Shown: piece after piece, positions 7,424 to 15,877 of the stretch
Position numbering within the stretch: the stretch's first letter is position 1
Layout of the letters: every line of letters begins with the position of its first letter
DNA from: Candidatus Peribacter riflensis
Lineage (GTDB): Bacteria > Patescibacteriota > Gracilibacteria > Peribacterales > Peribacteraceae
Assembly (NCBI GenBank): GCA_001430755.1
Contig: CP013062.1
Location: 810,001 to 842,000, forward strand
Reading direction: 5' to 3'
DNA length: 32,000 nt
The notes under the pieces: generated by a model
What the model saw: only the letters and a program-made list of their open reading frames with translations
The model's database searches: none
Told to the model about the DNA's origin: nothing
Program-made: the position numbers and the translations under genes

Positions 7424-7451
7424 ACTTTACTTCGAATCGTGATGCTGTCAA
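7424..7451 (-). promoter_or_regulatory. sigma70-like promoter TTGACA-16 nt-TAAAGT
   Basis: Minus strand: consensus -35 at 7451..7446 and -10 at 7429..7424. It lies in the divergent region opposite rsmA. Confidence 0.6.
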
Positions 7452-7463
7452 TGTCAGCCCCGC

Positions 7464-8279
7464 ATGATTTCGCTCCCCGATGAGATTCGGCAATTCTGCA
7501 GGAATCATGGACTCAGGCTCAATACAGATCTGGGCCAGCACTTCCTGCTGGATGGCTCTATTTTGGATCGCATCATCGAAACGGCGCAATTGAGACCGGT
7601 CGATACGGTGGTGGAAATCGGCCCGGGCGTCGGCGTGCTGACCCGGGAGCTCCTCAAGTTTGCCGGATCCGTGATCGCCATCGAACTGGATGCACGAATG
7701 ATTCCCCTCCTCAGGGAATTCACAGGAAGAGATCCCAAACTGAACGTGGTCCAGGGCAATGCTCTGCAGATCGCCATGCCGGAGTCGCCGTACAAGGTTG
7801 TCGCGAATATTCCCTACCACATCACATCCCCGCTCCTGCGGCACCTCTTCCTCGAATCTAAAAAACCACCGACCAGTCTCACCCTGCTCATTCAGCGGGA
7901 GGTGGCCGAACGCATCTGTGATACGAAAGACGCCGGCATGCTCACGATCCTCGTGGGGCTGTTCGGCACGCCGAAGATTGTCGCCCGCGTACCGCCCGAT
8001 GCCTTTCTCCCACCGCCCAAAGTGGACTCGGCCGTCCTGCACATCGCGTGCTTTGCAGAGCCGCTGGCCGACGGCAAAACCATCGAACGGCTCTTCAAAC
8101 TCACGAAAATCGGCTTCGGCCAGAAACGGAAGATGCTCCGGAACACCCTCGGGACGTTCCAGGGAGTGGCAGAACGCCTTGCAGGGCTTGGCATTGAGCA
8201 AAGCCGACGCCCGCAGACACTTTCGGTGCAGGAATGGATCGCGCTTGCGCGCGCGTGGCCGGATGATCGGGATGGATGA
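7464..8279 (+). CDS. rsmA: 16S rRNA (adenine1518/1519-N6)-dimethyltransferase
   Basis: KsgA/RsmA family blocks LGQHFLLD and VVEIGPGVGVLT (SAM motif I), NIPYHITSP, and typical length. Confidence 0.93.
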   Translation: MISLPDEIRQFCRNHGLRLNTDLGQHFLLDGSILDRIIETAQLRPVDTVVEIGPGVGVLTRELLKFAGSVIAIELDARMIPLLREFTGRDPKLNVVQGNALQIAMPESPYKVVANIPYHITSPLLRHLFLESKKPPTSLTLLIQREVAERICDTKDAGMLTILVGLFGTPKIVARVPPDAFLPPPKVDSAVLHIACFAEPLADGKTIERLFKLTKIGFGQKRKMLRNTLGTFQGVAERLAGLGIEQSRRPQTLSVQEWIALARAWPDDRDG

Positions 8280-9871
8280 CGCCCTCCCGCTTCTCACTCA
8301 CGTTTCTCGGCTCATTCCTCCTTACAACATTTCTGCTGCAGTGGTGGCAGCGCCCCTTCTACCCTTTCGGGCTCTGGATCATCCTCACGCTCTGCCTGTG
8401 TCTGGCTGTGGTCGGTATGACCGAAGACGCCGCACGCACGGCATGCACGTTCCTCTGTGCGGTGTTTCTCGGCATCATGTGCGCCCTGTTCACCGTGTCA
8501 CGGACAATGCACGTTCCATCACCGGGCAGCGTGGAGTGGCATGCGCGGGGGCAGACGGTCAGCCTGCGGGGCATCGTCGCCGACGAGCCGGACCGTCGCC
8601 CGCTCCTCACGAAATACACTCTCGCTGCCGAAACGCTCACCGAGAGCGGCAGCCAACGTCTGATCCCGGTGGACGGCCGCGTGCTCGTAACGGACAAAGT
8701 CGGGTGGCCAGCCATGGAGTACGGCGACGAGATCATCGCGCAGGGCAGGCTCACGCTGCCGGGCACGATTAATGGTTTTCATTACGACCGCTACCTCAGC
8801 ATTGCAGGCATCACCGCAGTGATGACGCAGGCCGACGTGGAGCGAACAGGCATAAGTGGAGGGAATCCTCTCTTCAGGACACTCTTTGCCATCAAAGAAC
8901 GCTTTGAGGCCCGCCTGAACCGCCTGCTCTTCGAGCCGCACGCCTCGCTCGCCGCAGGATTGCTGACGGGCTCACGGCGCGGCATTCCAGAGCATCTGTC
9001 TGAGAGCTTCATGAGGAGCGGGCTCACGCACATCGTGGCGATTTCGGGATTCAACATTACCATCGTCATCACGCTCATCCTCGGCATGCTTTTCTGGCTG
9101 CCCCTTCGGTGGCGCCTGCTGCCGGCTGCACTCTCCATCTGCGCCTTCACGGTCTTCGTGGGGGCGAGTGCATCGGTCGTGCGCGCCGCGATTATGGGAG
9201 TCCTCGGTCTCTTCGCACTCACCGCCGGAAGGCGGTCGGATGTGCGGCTCGCCATTCTATGGACAGCCTTCGTCATGCTCATCATCAATCCGCGACACCT
9301 GTGGTACGACGCCAGTTTTCAGCTCTCGTTTGCCGCAGTCATCGGCCTGAGCGAACTCTCACCCCTGCTCAAGCCCTTCCTGATCCGTGTACCGAACATG
9401 CTGGGCATGCGCGAGGCGCTGGAAGCCACGCTCGCCGCGCAGCTCTCGGCCATGCCGCTCGGCATCCTGCTCTTTGGCAACCTCTCCCTCATCTCTCCGA
9501 TCGCCAACATCCTCGTGGCCCCTGCCATTCCGCTCGCCATGCTCATCACGACACTCGCCGCCGTTGCGAGCTTCGTCTCTTTCCCCCTCGGGCAGCTGCT
9601 GGCTTACGGCAGCTGGGCTGTTTTGCAGTGGATCATCCTCGTGGCAACCGGTCTCGCACATCTTCCCTTCGCATCCCTGCACTTCGAACAGGCGAGTATT
9701 CCGGTCATCGTGGCGTACTACATCGCGCTGGCTTGTGTGACGATCTGGTATCAAAAAAATAATCGTCGCGAAGCTGCGGGTGGCTTCGCCGGGCCCCGCA
9801 GCTGCCCGCCCGAACGTACCGTTCGGTACGGGCGGGGAGCGACACCACTCAAGGGAAAAGAGAGCTCATGA
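8276..9871 (+). CDS. comEC: ComEC/Rec2 family DNA internalisation channel protein (no metallo-beta-lactamase domain)
   Basis: Polytopic membrane protein with the competence-domain block LAAGLLTGSRRGIPEHLSESFMRSGLTHIVAISGFNITIV. An ATGA overlap joins it to the rsmA stop. The last 35 or so codons run through GC-rich hairpins and end at a TGA inside a dispersed repeat. Confidence 0.85.
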   Translation: MTPSRFSLTFLGSFLLTTFLLQWWQRPFYPFGLWIILTLCLCLAVVGMTEDAARTACTFLCAVFLGIMCALFTVSRTMHVPSPGSVEWHARGQTVSLRGIVADEPDRRPLLTKYTLAAETLTESGSQRLIPVDGRVLVTDKVGWPAMEYGDEIIAQGRLTLPGTINGFHYDRYLSIAGITAVMTQADVERTGISGGNPLFRTLFAIKERFEARLNRLLFEPHASLAAGLLTGSRRGIPEHLSESFMRSGLTHIVAISGFNITIVITLILGMLFWLPLRWRLLPAALSICAFTVFVGASASVVRAAIMGVLGLFALTAGRRSDVRLAILWTAFVMLIINPRHLWYDASFQLSFAAVIGLSELSPLLKPFLIRVPNMLGMREALEATLAAQLSAMPLGILLFGNLSLISPIANILVAPAIPLAMLITTLAAVASFVSFPLGQLLAYGSWAVLQWIILVATGLAHLPFASLHFEQASIPVIVAYYIALACVTIWYQKNNRREAAGGFAGPRSCPPERTVRYGRGATPLKGKESS

Positions 9872-9968
9872 GAGAAAAACCGGCTTGTCGGCCGTAGCCC
9901 GACTCGTCCACCATAGCTTTAGCGACGGTGGATGGGTGAAGGCTGAAGGTTTGTCTCTCATGAATTCA
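9867..9968. repeat. dispersed palindromic repeat, copy 1 (long form)
   Basis: Termini CATGAGAGAAAAACC ... GGTTTGTCTCTCATG are inverted repeats with one mismatch. It shares GAGAGAAAAACCGGCTTGTCGGCCGTAGCC and GAAGGCTGAAGGTNTGTCTCTCATGAAT(T)CA with the copy at 26620-26687. It fills the whole gap between convergent comEC and the purD-like gene. Confidence 0.8.
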
Positions 9969-11252
9969 CAGATACTCCCACGACCGGAGCTTATCCGAGT
10001 CATCCACCCACCGGTCACCGATATCTGTGCGGTAGTACATATTCGAGATCAAGATGTTCTGAATGCGCGTGTACATCTGCTTCTGCGCGTCGCGCATGGT
10101 CGTGCCTGATCCCGAGACGATGAGTGCCACTCCCTCCTGCCCGGTAATCAGCCACTCCTCGTTCTCCTGCTTCAAGTCGCCGATGTGAATGCCTTCCGTC
10201 ATCTTCTTCTTAAAGACCACGACGGCGTCTTCGGAGAACGATTCGAACGTCTTGGGATCATTGAACGGGAAGGGCGGGACCACGATGAGCGCACACACCT
10301 GGTAGCCGCGCTTCACCTTGATGCCGTTCCCTTCGCCGGCCGCCATACGCAGCAGAAGTTCCCCCATCGGCTCGGTGATGCCCTCTTCCTGCAGACAGAT
10401 GAAGGGGAACCCGAAGCGGCAGGTGAACTCGAGCGGATAGATGCCGTTACTGTTCACAATGCAGTTCACGTCGATGTACCCCACGTACCCCTCCTCCGCC
10501 AGATGCTGCTCGAAGGGACGCAGCACGGATTCAAAGATGGGGCTTCGGGCCGTCCAGAACATGCTGGTACCCATCTCACCGGTCGAGACGCCCAGCTCGC
10601 CGGGAAAGAGCTTCTTGTGCTCGAAGTTCACACACACCGGTTCCATGAATTTTTTGCCGTTGAAGAACGCCCCGGCGGCGACTTCCACTCCCGTCACCCG
10701 CCGCTGCAGCTGGAAGACCGAAATGGTATCGCTCCACGTTTCGCGGTAGGCGCCGAGCACGCGGACAACATCGCTGCCGTCGTCTTCGTTGCCGACGAAG
10801 AGCAGTTGCTTCAAATTCTGCGCATCGCCCGAAGGCTTGATCACGTAGCGGCCCGGATTCTCCTGCACGTACTTGATGCCCTCATTGAAGGAGCGGAACT
10901 CCTGATACGGAATGATGCGCACTTTGTTGCGCTTCAGCTCCTCCTGACCGAACGTGCGGTCATTTTCCAGTTTGTCCGTATAGGGCGTGCCGCCGATGCA
11001 GAGCTTGCCTTTCTTGCGCAGGGCCTGCGCTTCCTCCCCTTTCCCGATGTGGTCGAAGACGACGATATCCGCCCAGTCTACGTGCTTGTGCCAGTCCGTC
11101 ACGACATCTACAAATCCCTTGCCGACATCCTGGTAGCCCGGAGCCTCCAGGCAGAGACGAACATGATGACCTTCACGCGACACCGTCCAGGCGAGATCGG
11201 TGATTGTGCCGTCGTACGAGACGAAGAGAAATTTTTTCGACGCATCACTCAT
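9966..11252 (-). CDS. PurD-like ATP-grasp enzyme (phosphoribosylamine--glycine ligase family, divergent)
   Basis: Collinear similarity to PurD blocks: GGTPYTDKLENDRTFGQEEL, YVIKPSGD, FEHKKLFPGELGVSTGEMG, PLEFTCRFGFP, and a C-terminal RDAQKQMY...DIGDRW. No other pur genes are nearby, so the substrate is not assured. Confidence 0.75.
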   Translation of the reverse strand: MSDASKKFLFVSYDGTITDLAWTVSREGHHVRLCLEAPGYQDVGKGFVDVVTDWHKHVDWADIVVFDHIGKGEEAQALRKKGKLCIGGTPYTDKLENDRTFGQEELKRNKVRIIPYQEFRSFNEGIKYVQENPGRYVIKPSGDAQNLKQLLFVGNEDDGSDVVRVLGAYRETWSDTISVFQLQRRVTGVEVAAGAFFNGKKFMEPVCVNFEHKKLFPGELGVSTGEMGTSMFWTARSPIFESVLRPFEQHLAEEGYVGYIDVNCIVNSNGIYPLEFTCRFGFPFICLQEEGITEPMGELLLRMAAGEGNGIKVKRGYQVCALIVVPPFPFNDPKTFESFSEDAVVVFKKKMTEGIHIGDLKQENEEWLITGQEGVALIVSGSGTTMRDAQKQMYTRIQNILISNMYYRTDIGDRWVDDSDKLRSWEYL

Positions 11253-11333
11253 TACGCGCGAAGACTATGACAGTCACCCGCTCAGTGCAAGTAAACAATT
11301 GCGGGGAAAAAATCCGGCCATGAACAAGTCACC

Positions 11334-11363
11334 TTGCTGTCGAAAAGCACTCGCTTCTACAAT
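11334..11363 (+). promoter_or_regulatory. candidate promoter TTGCTG-18 nt-TACAAT
   Basis: Hexamers read directly from the sequence. The -10 lies 24 nt upstream of the ATG at 11388. Confidence 0.4.
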
Positions 11364-11387
11364 GAGAGAAATTTCCCTCACCACTCC

Positions 11388-12512
11388 ATGAGAAAATCAT
11401 TTCTGCTCACTGCCTGTGCGGTTGTGTTTGCCGTGCCGCTCATCGCTCTCGCGGCCTTCAGCCGACCGAGTGACGTGCTCTTCGGTCTCGAGAATGCGGG
11501 CGGACCGCGATCCTTCGAAATAAAGCTCTACTCCACAGTGGGTGAAGAGGAGGACCTCGTGCAGTTCTTCGTCACCGGCAATGGCATGACGGAGGGAACC
11601 ACCCCTCAGGACCTCAAGATCTCCCTTCACCTGAACGTGTCTGCAGTGACGACGGAAGGAACGATCTCGGGCGTAGGTGATGTGATCGGTTACCACGAGA
11701 AGGTCTTCTTCAGACTGAGCAACGTGAAGGTCTCTGGACCCATAATCACTGCAGGCGACCTCGCCGATATCGAGACCATGAGCCGGGAGATGCGGGGACG
11801 GTGGTTCGTGGCGGAAGCCCCGCAGACAACCGATTCCCCCTCGTGGGACGAAATGGCACGGGAACTCGACCTGCCGTTCTCAGCCGCACAGATGCGCGAA
11901 GGAATCGCCCGTGTGATCGATGCTGTATTCGCGATGGAGCACTCCCGCTTCCTCGCCGGTACTACGTACACCCTCACACTCAAGCCCAACTTCATCGTGG
12001 AAGGAATCCGGGCGGCGGAGGGGTGGCTCACGGAAGTGAACCAGGACAGTGCGGCAAACATGCCGGAGACCGGCGATGCCGATTTGCAGGAGTTCGAAGA
12101 CCTCTTTCGCCAGAACCTGACCGTCCGCCTGAAGGTGGATATGTCCGGTGACGGGGCATTCCGCTTCGCACGCTCCTACGTGACGCTATCACTCCCCGAC
12201 GAAGCGGTCGCTTTGTCGCTCGAAGCCTCCATGCAACAGCGTCCGGCACCGGTCTACGTGCAGATTCCCGCGAACGCCACGCCCGTGGAGGAACTGCTGG
12301 GCTTCTCGCTGATTCCCGAAGGTCTCTTCGACGGAGGATCGGACATGCCAGAGACCATCGACGACGGAGCTTGGCCGGACCTGTGGCCGGAGAACGAGTG
12401 GAACCCCTGCGACATGATCACGGACGAGGTGGACCTGCGCGACGCGCGCCTGGGGGATTGCCCGGTCACGCGGGAATCGCGCCGCAGTCTGCGCGAGCGC
12501 CTACAGGACTAG
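11388..12512 (+). CDS. secreted hypothetical protein (374 aa)
   Basis: Start is placed at MRKSFLLTACAVVFAVPLIALAAF, a signal peptide. No recognised domain in the mature part. Confidence 0.55.
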   Translation: MRKSFLLTACAVVFAVPLIALAAFSRPSDVLFGLENAGGPRSFEIKLYSTVGEEEDLVQFFVTGNGMTEGTTPQDLKISLHLNVSAVTTEGTISGVGDVIGYHEKVFFRLSNVKVSGPIITAGDLADIETMSREMRGRWFVAEAPQTTDSPSWDEMARELDLPFSAAQMREGIARVIDAVFAMEHSRFLAGTTYTLTLKPNFIVEGIRAAEGWLTEVNQDSAANMPETGDADLQEFEDLFRQNLTVRLKVDMSGDGAFRFARSYVTLSLPDEAVALSLEASMQQRPAPVYVQIPANATPVEELLGFSLIPEGLFDGGSDMPETIDDGAWPDLWPENEWNPCDMITDEVDLRDARLGDCPVTRESRRSLRERLQD

Positions 12513-12634
12513 TCTCCTCAGCCGAGCTTCACCGCAAGAGTCGAAGAAGAGTGAGTGTGCATGACCGCTCAATGCAGAAGCGTGTGACGCGGGAAGCGGA
12601 AGTGTGACAGGCGTTTTGCAGATATACTGGCACC

Positions 12635-14425
12635 ATGTTCGCAATCAATCGTCCCGCCTGGTGGCAGAGAGGAGCCATCACCCTGCTGTTCATCCTCCCC
12701 TTTCTCGCTTTCGGTGCATCGGTTCTGCAGGGGTACGCCCCCATCGATGATCTCTTCCTCGTTGTGCGGAATCTCGCGACGCGCGGACCGACACTGGATC
12801 ATCTGAAGGCCGCCTTCACGACATTCGATCCCGAGCTCTACATCCCGGCAACGCTCGTCAGCTTTCAATTGAACTATCTGGTCTCGGGGCTCCATCCATG
12901 GAGTTATCACCTCGTGAATGTGCTCCTGCACGGAATCAATGCCGTCCTCCTGTTTCTGATCCTCAAAAAAATCACCGCCGCGCCTCGCGCCTCCCTCTTT
13001 GCGGCAGCTCTCTTCGCCGTGCATCCGCTCACTACCGAAGCGGTCGTCTGGATCACCGCACGCAAAGACCTGCTCTCCACCTTCTTTGCGCTCGCCTCCA
13101 CCCTCGCATTCCTGCGGCAATCGCGCCGAGGGATGATCTTCGGCCTCTTCCTGTTCCTCTGCGCGCTCCTCGCCAAGGTCTCCGTCGCCCCGCTCCCTCT
13201 TGTCTTCCCGCTCCTCCTCACGGTGCAGGGTAAAAAATGGACCCGAAACACCGTCCTTTCCGTCATCCCCTTCCTCCTGCTCTCTGCCATGTTCGTCGCT
13301 GTCGCCCTCCTCGGCAAAGAGCGCATCGTCGAGACAGCAGGCCTGACAGAAACCCTTCTCCTCGCCCCATGGAGTATCTTCTTCCTGCTCGGCAAATTCC
13401 TCTACCCGAAGAGCTTAAGCCCCCTCTACGAAGTGAGTGACCCGATCACCCTCACACATCCCTGGATCGTCGCATCCCTCGTCGGATTCATCGGCCTCAT
13501 CGGCATCTTCCTTGTCCTCCATAGCTTTCGCGGAGGAGGAGGTTTCTTCCGGAAAAAATCCCTACGCCCCCTGCCCGGCGAAGCTCCGCACACCGGAGCG
13601 AAGTCGGGTACACCCTACACCCTTTCCCTCGTCACCTTCCTCATCCTGTTCTCCCCTGCGCTCCTCACCTTCCGCAAGGCAGGAACGGTCTTCCTCGCCT
13701 CCGACCGCTACCTCTACCTGCCGAGTGTGGGCCTGCTGCTCTTGATTGCGCTGCTCCTGAGAGGAATCGGCTCCCACTGGCCGCTCCCGAAACAGGTGAT
13801 TGCGGGAGTGAGCGGCTTTGTCATCGCCTTCCTCTGCCTGCTCTCTGTCAAGCAGACGAAGCTGTGGGATTCTGCGGACGCGCTCTTCACCCACGCACTC
13901 GCCGTGACACCGCGCTCCGTCGCCGCGCGCACGGCCCTCGCACAGACCAAGCTCGATGCCGAGAATCCGCAGGAAGCTTTTGCAATCCTGAAAGAAGGCC
14001 TCAGGCAGGGTGATGACGTGCGTCTGCACCTGATGGCGGGGCAGATCTACGCCCGCGTGGGACAGGTGACCGATGCCCTCGGAGAATTCAGGAAAGTGCA
14101 GGAGATGGAACCGGGCAATGCCGATGCGTGGTTCTCGATCGGATCGATTGAGGAACAGACAGGGCAGAGCGATGCGGCGCTGCAGAACTACCGCACCGCG
14201 GTACGCTTAGACCCCTCGGATGTTCCGGCACACGTGGGCATCGGACGGATTCTCGCTGCCAGAGATGACCTTGCCGGAGCGGAGCAGGCCTTCCGCACCG
14301 CGCTCTCGTGGAACCCCAATGCGATGGATGCCCACCGCGGCCTCGCCCCCGTGCTGGCGAAGACCGGCAGAGTGGATGAAGCCCAGAAACACCTTGAACT
14401 CGGCTTGGAACTTTCGAAGCCGTAA
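12635..14425 (+). CDS. TMTC-like polytopic membrane protein with C-terminal TPR repeats (GT-C/PMT-like glycosyltransferase fold suspected)
   Basis: The N-terminal region has about 10 hydrophobic segments, including YHLVNVLLHGINAVLLFLIL, typical of the TMTC/DUF1736 type. The C-terminus carries several TPR units (AWFSIGSIEEQTGQSDAALQNYRTAVRLDP, AHVGIGRILAARDDLAGAEQAFRTALSWNP). Confidence 0.8.
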   Translation: MFAINRPAWWQRGAITLLFILPFLAFGASVLQGYAPIDDLFLVVRNLATRGPTLDHLKAAFTTFDPELYIPATLVSFQLNYLVSGLHPWSYHLVNVLLHGINAVLLFLILKKITAAPRASLFAAALFAVHPLTTEAVVWITARKDLLSTFFALASTLAFLRQSRRGMIFGLFLFLCALLAKVSVAPLPLVFPLLLTVQGKKWTRNTVLSVIPFLLLSAMFVAVALLGKERIVETAGLTETLLLAPWSIFFLLGKFLYPKSLSPLYEVSDPITLTHPWIVASLVGFIGLIGIFLVLHSFRGGGGFFRKKSLRPLPGEAPHTGAKSGTPYTLSLVTFLILFSPALLTFRKAGTVFLASDRYLYLPSVGLLLLIALLLRGIGSHWPLPKQVIAGVSGFVIAFLCLLSVKQTKLWDSADALFTHALAVTPRSVAARTALAQTKLDAENPQEAFAILKEGLRQGDDVRLHLMAGQIYARVGQVTDALGEFRKVQEMEPGNADAWFSIGSIEEQTGQSDAALQNYRTAVRLDPSDVPAHVGIGRILAARDDLAGAEQAFRTALSWNPNAMDAHRGLAPVLAKTGRVDEAQKHLELGLELSKP

Positions 14426-14620
14426 AACACAAACAAAACAGAGCAACCAACAACACACAGACACAAAAAATGGAGGTCCGCCGCCACGGGGGGTGAAGGG
14501 GAAGGCCCCGCATTGCAGAAGAGTAATACGCGCCGACGAGGCGGATCCGAAACCCTGGAGGATCCGACGAGGAGGCACGGGGCCGGGCTGAGGGGAGTTG
14601 GCGGCGGAGAGCTTTCTTTG

Positions 14621-14653
14621 CTTCTTTCTTTGTCTGGCTGACAAAGAAAGAAG
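14621..14653. other. perfect 14-bp stem-loop upstream of the rlmI-like gene
   Basis: CTTCTTTCTTTGTC-TGGCT-GACAAAGAAAGAAG. No U-run follows on either strand. It lies 45 nt upstream of the ATG at 14699. Confidence 0.6.
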
Positions 14654-14698
14654 AGAACTATTCAAGGAAAAACAAACAAATGAAGTACAATCCCACCG

Positions 14699-15877
14699 AT
14701 GAAGTACCCCATCCTCACGCTCAAACCCGACTCCGAAGTCCACCTGAGAAATCGCCACCACGCGATCTTCCGGAGTGCCATAGACCGCCTGCCACAGGCG
14801 GAGGATGGCGACATCGTGGAGGTGAGGAACAGCAGGGGGGATTTTCTCTGCTTCGCCCACTGGAATGCCAAGGCCTACATCTGCGGCCGCGCCATCGCGT
14901 TCGAGAAAGGCGATCCCCTCACACACATCCGCTCGCTCATGGAACAGGCAGTGCGATTGCGCACAGCTCTCTTCGAAAAAGAAGAAACGACCTGCTTCCG
15001 TCTCATCAATGCCGAAGGGGACGCACTGCCAGGGCTCATCGTCGATCAGTACGGCGACGTACTGGTGATCCAGCTCACGACACTGGGATTCGACCGCTCA
15101 CGTGACTGGGTTATGGATCAGCTGAAGACGCTCGTGCAGCCGAAGGCGATCTTCGAAAAGTCCACGGGACCCGCGCGCAAGAAAGAGGGATTGGAGGAGC
15201 GGGAAGGCTGGGTGCACGGCAAGGTGGATGGCACCATCGAGGTGAAGGAGCGTGGACTCACCTACCTGATCACCCTCGAGGGCAGCCAGAAGACCGGCCT
15301 CTTCTTGGACCAACGTGAAATGCGCTCCCTCGTGCGGCAGACGGCCCATGGACGCACGGTCTTAGACTGCTGCAGTTACGTGGGAGGCTTCTCGGTCAAT
15401 GCGCTCGCCGGCGGCGCGCTCACTTCAGATGCAGTGGATTACGACAGCGCGGCCCTCGCACGCGCCCGCGAGCATGCCACGCTCAATGGCATTCCGGCAG
15501 ATCGCCTGCAGATCTTCAGTGAAGATGTGTTCAATTTCCTGCGGCGAAAGTCTTTGCCGCATCCGTATGACTTCATCATTTTGGATCCTCCCGCCTTCGC
15601 CAAGCGGAGTGCTGATTTGGAACCGGCGAAGAAGGCCTACACCGATTTGAACCGCATGGCGCTGCAGGCGCTCCCCCCGGGCGGTATCCTCCTCACCTGC
15701 TCCTGCAGCTACCAGGTGAACCCGGAGCTCTTTCAGACGCTCGTCTTCCACGCCGCACGTCAGGCCAAGCGCAACGTGAAAATCCTGAGCCGGCATCGCC
15801 AGGCCATGGATCACCCCGTGAACCTCTACCATCCTGAAGGCGACTACCTCAAGTCTCTTCTCCTGTGGGTGGAGTGA
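14699..15877 (+). CDS. rlmI: class I SAM-dependent rRNA methyltransferase, RlmI family (PUA plus MTase)
   Basis: Blocks VDQYGDVLVIQ, TGLFLDQREMR, VLDCCSYVGGFSVNA and ILDPPAFAK, with length typical for 23S rRNA m5C1962 methyltransferase-like proteins. Confidence 0.85.
   Translation: MKYPILTLKPDSEVHLRNRHHAIFRSAIDRLPQAEDGDIVEVRNSRGDFLCFAHWNAKAYICGRAIAFEKGDPLTHIRSLMEQAVRLRTALFEKEETTCFRLINAEGDALPGLIVDQYGDVLVIQLTTLGFDRSRDWVMDQLKTLVQPKAIFEKSTGPARKKEGLEEREGWVHGKVDGTIEVKERGLTYLITLEGSQKTGLFLDQREMRSLVRQTAHGRTVLDCCSYVGGFSVNALAGGALTSDAVDYDSAALARAREHATLNGIPADRLQIFSEDVFNFLRRKSLPHPYDFIILDPPAFAKRSADLEPAKKAYTDLNRMALQALPPGGILLTCSCSYQVNPELFQTLVFHAARQAKRNVKILSRHRQAMDHPVNLYHPEGDYLKSLLLWVE

Noticed and set aside
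14471-14610. The GC-rich structured island considered as SRP RNA, RNase P RNA, tmRNA or 6S RNA.
   Set aside because: I could not find the diagnostic conserved motifs on either strand. These include the SRP helix-8 GGAAGCAGCC-type motif, the RNase P GAGGAAAGUCC motif and a tmRNA tag reading frame. The segment is also too short for RNase P or tmRNA. It is kept only as an unexplained structured segment.
14680-14707. Alternative start for the rlmI-like gene at the ATG at 14680, and the duplicated ATGAAGTAC (14680 and 14699).
   Set aside because: The first ATG is in a different frame (19 nt apart) and opens only a shadow ORF. The RlmI-family frame begins at 14699. The 9-nt duplication is too short to interpret.
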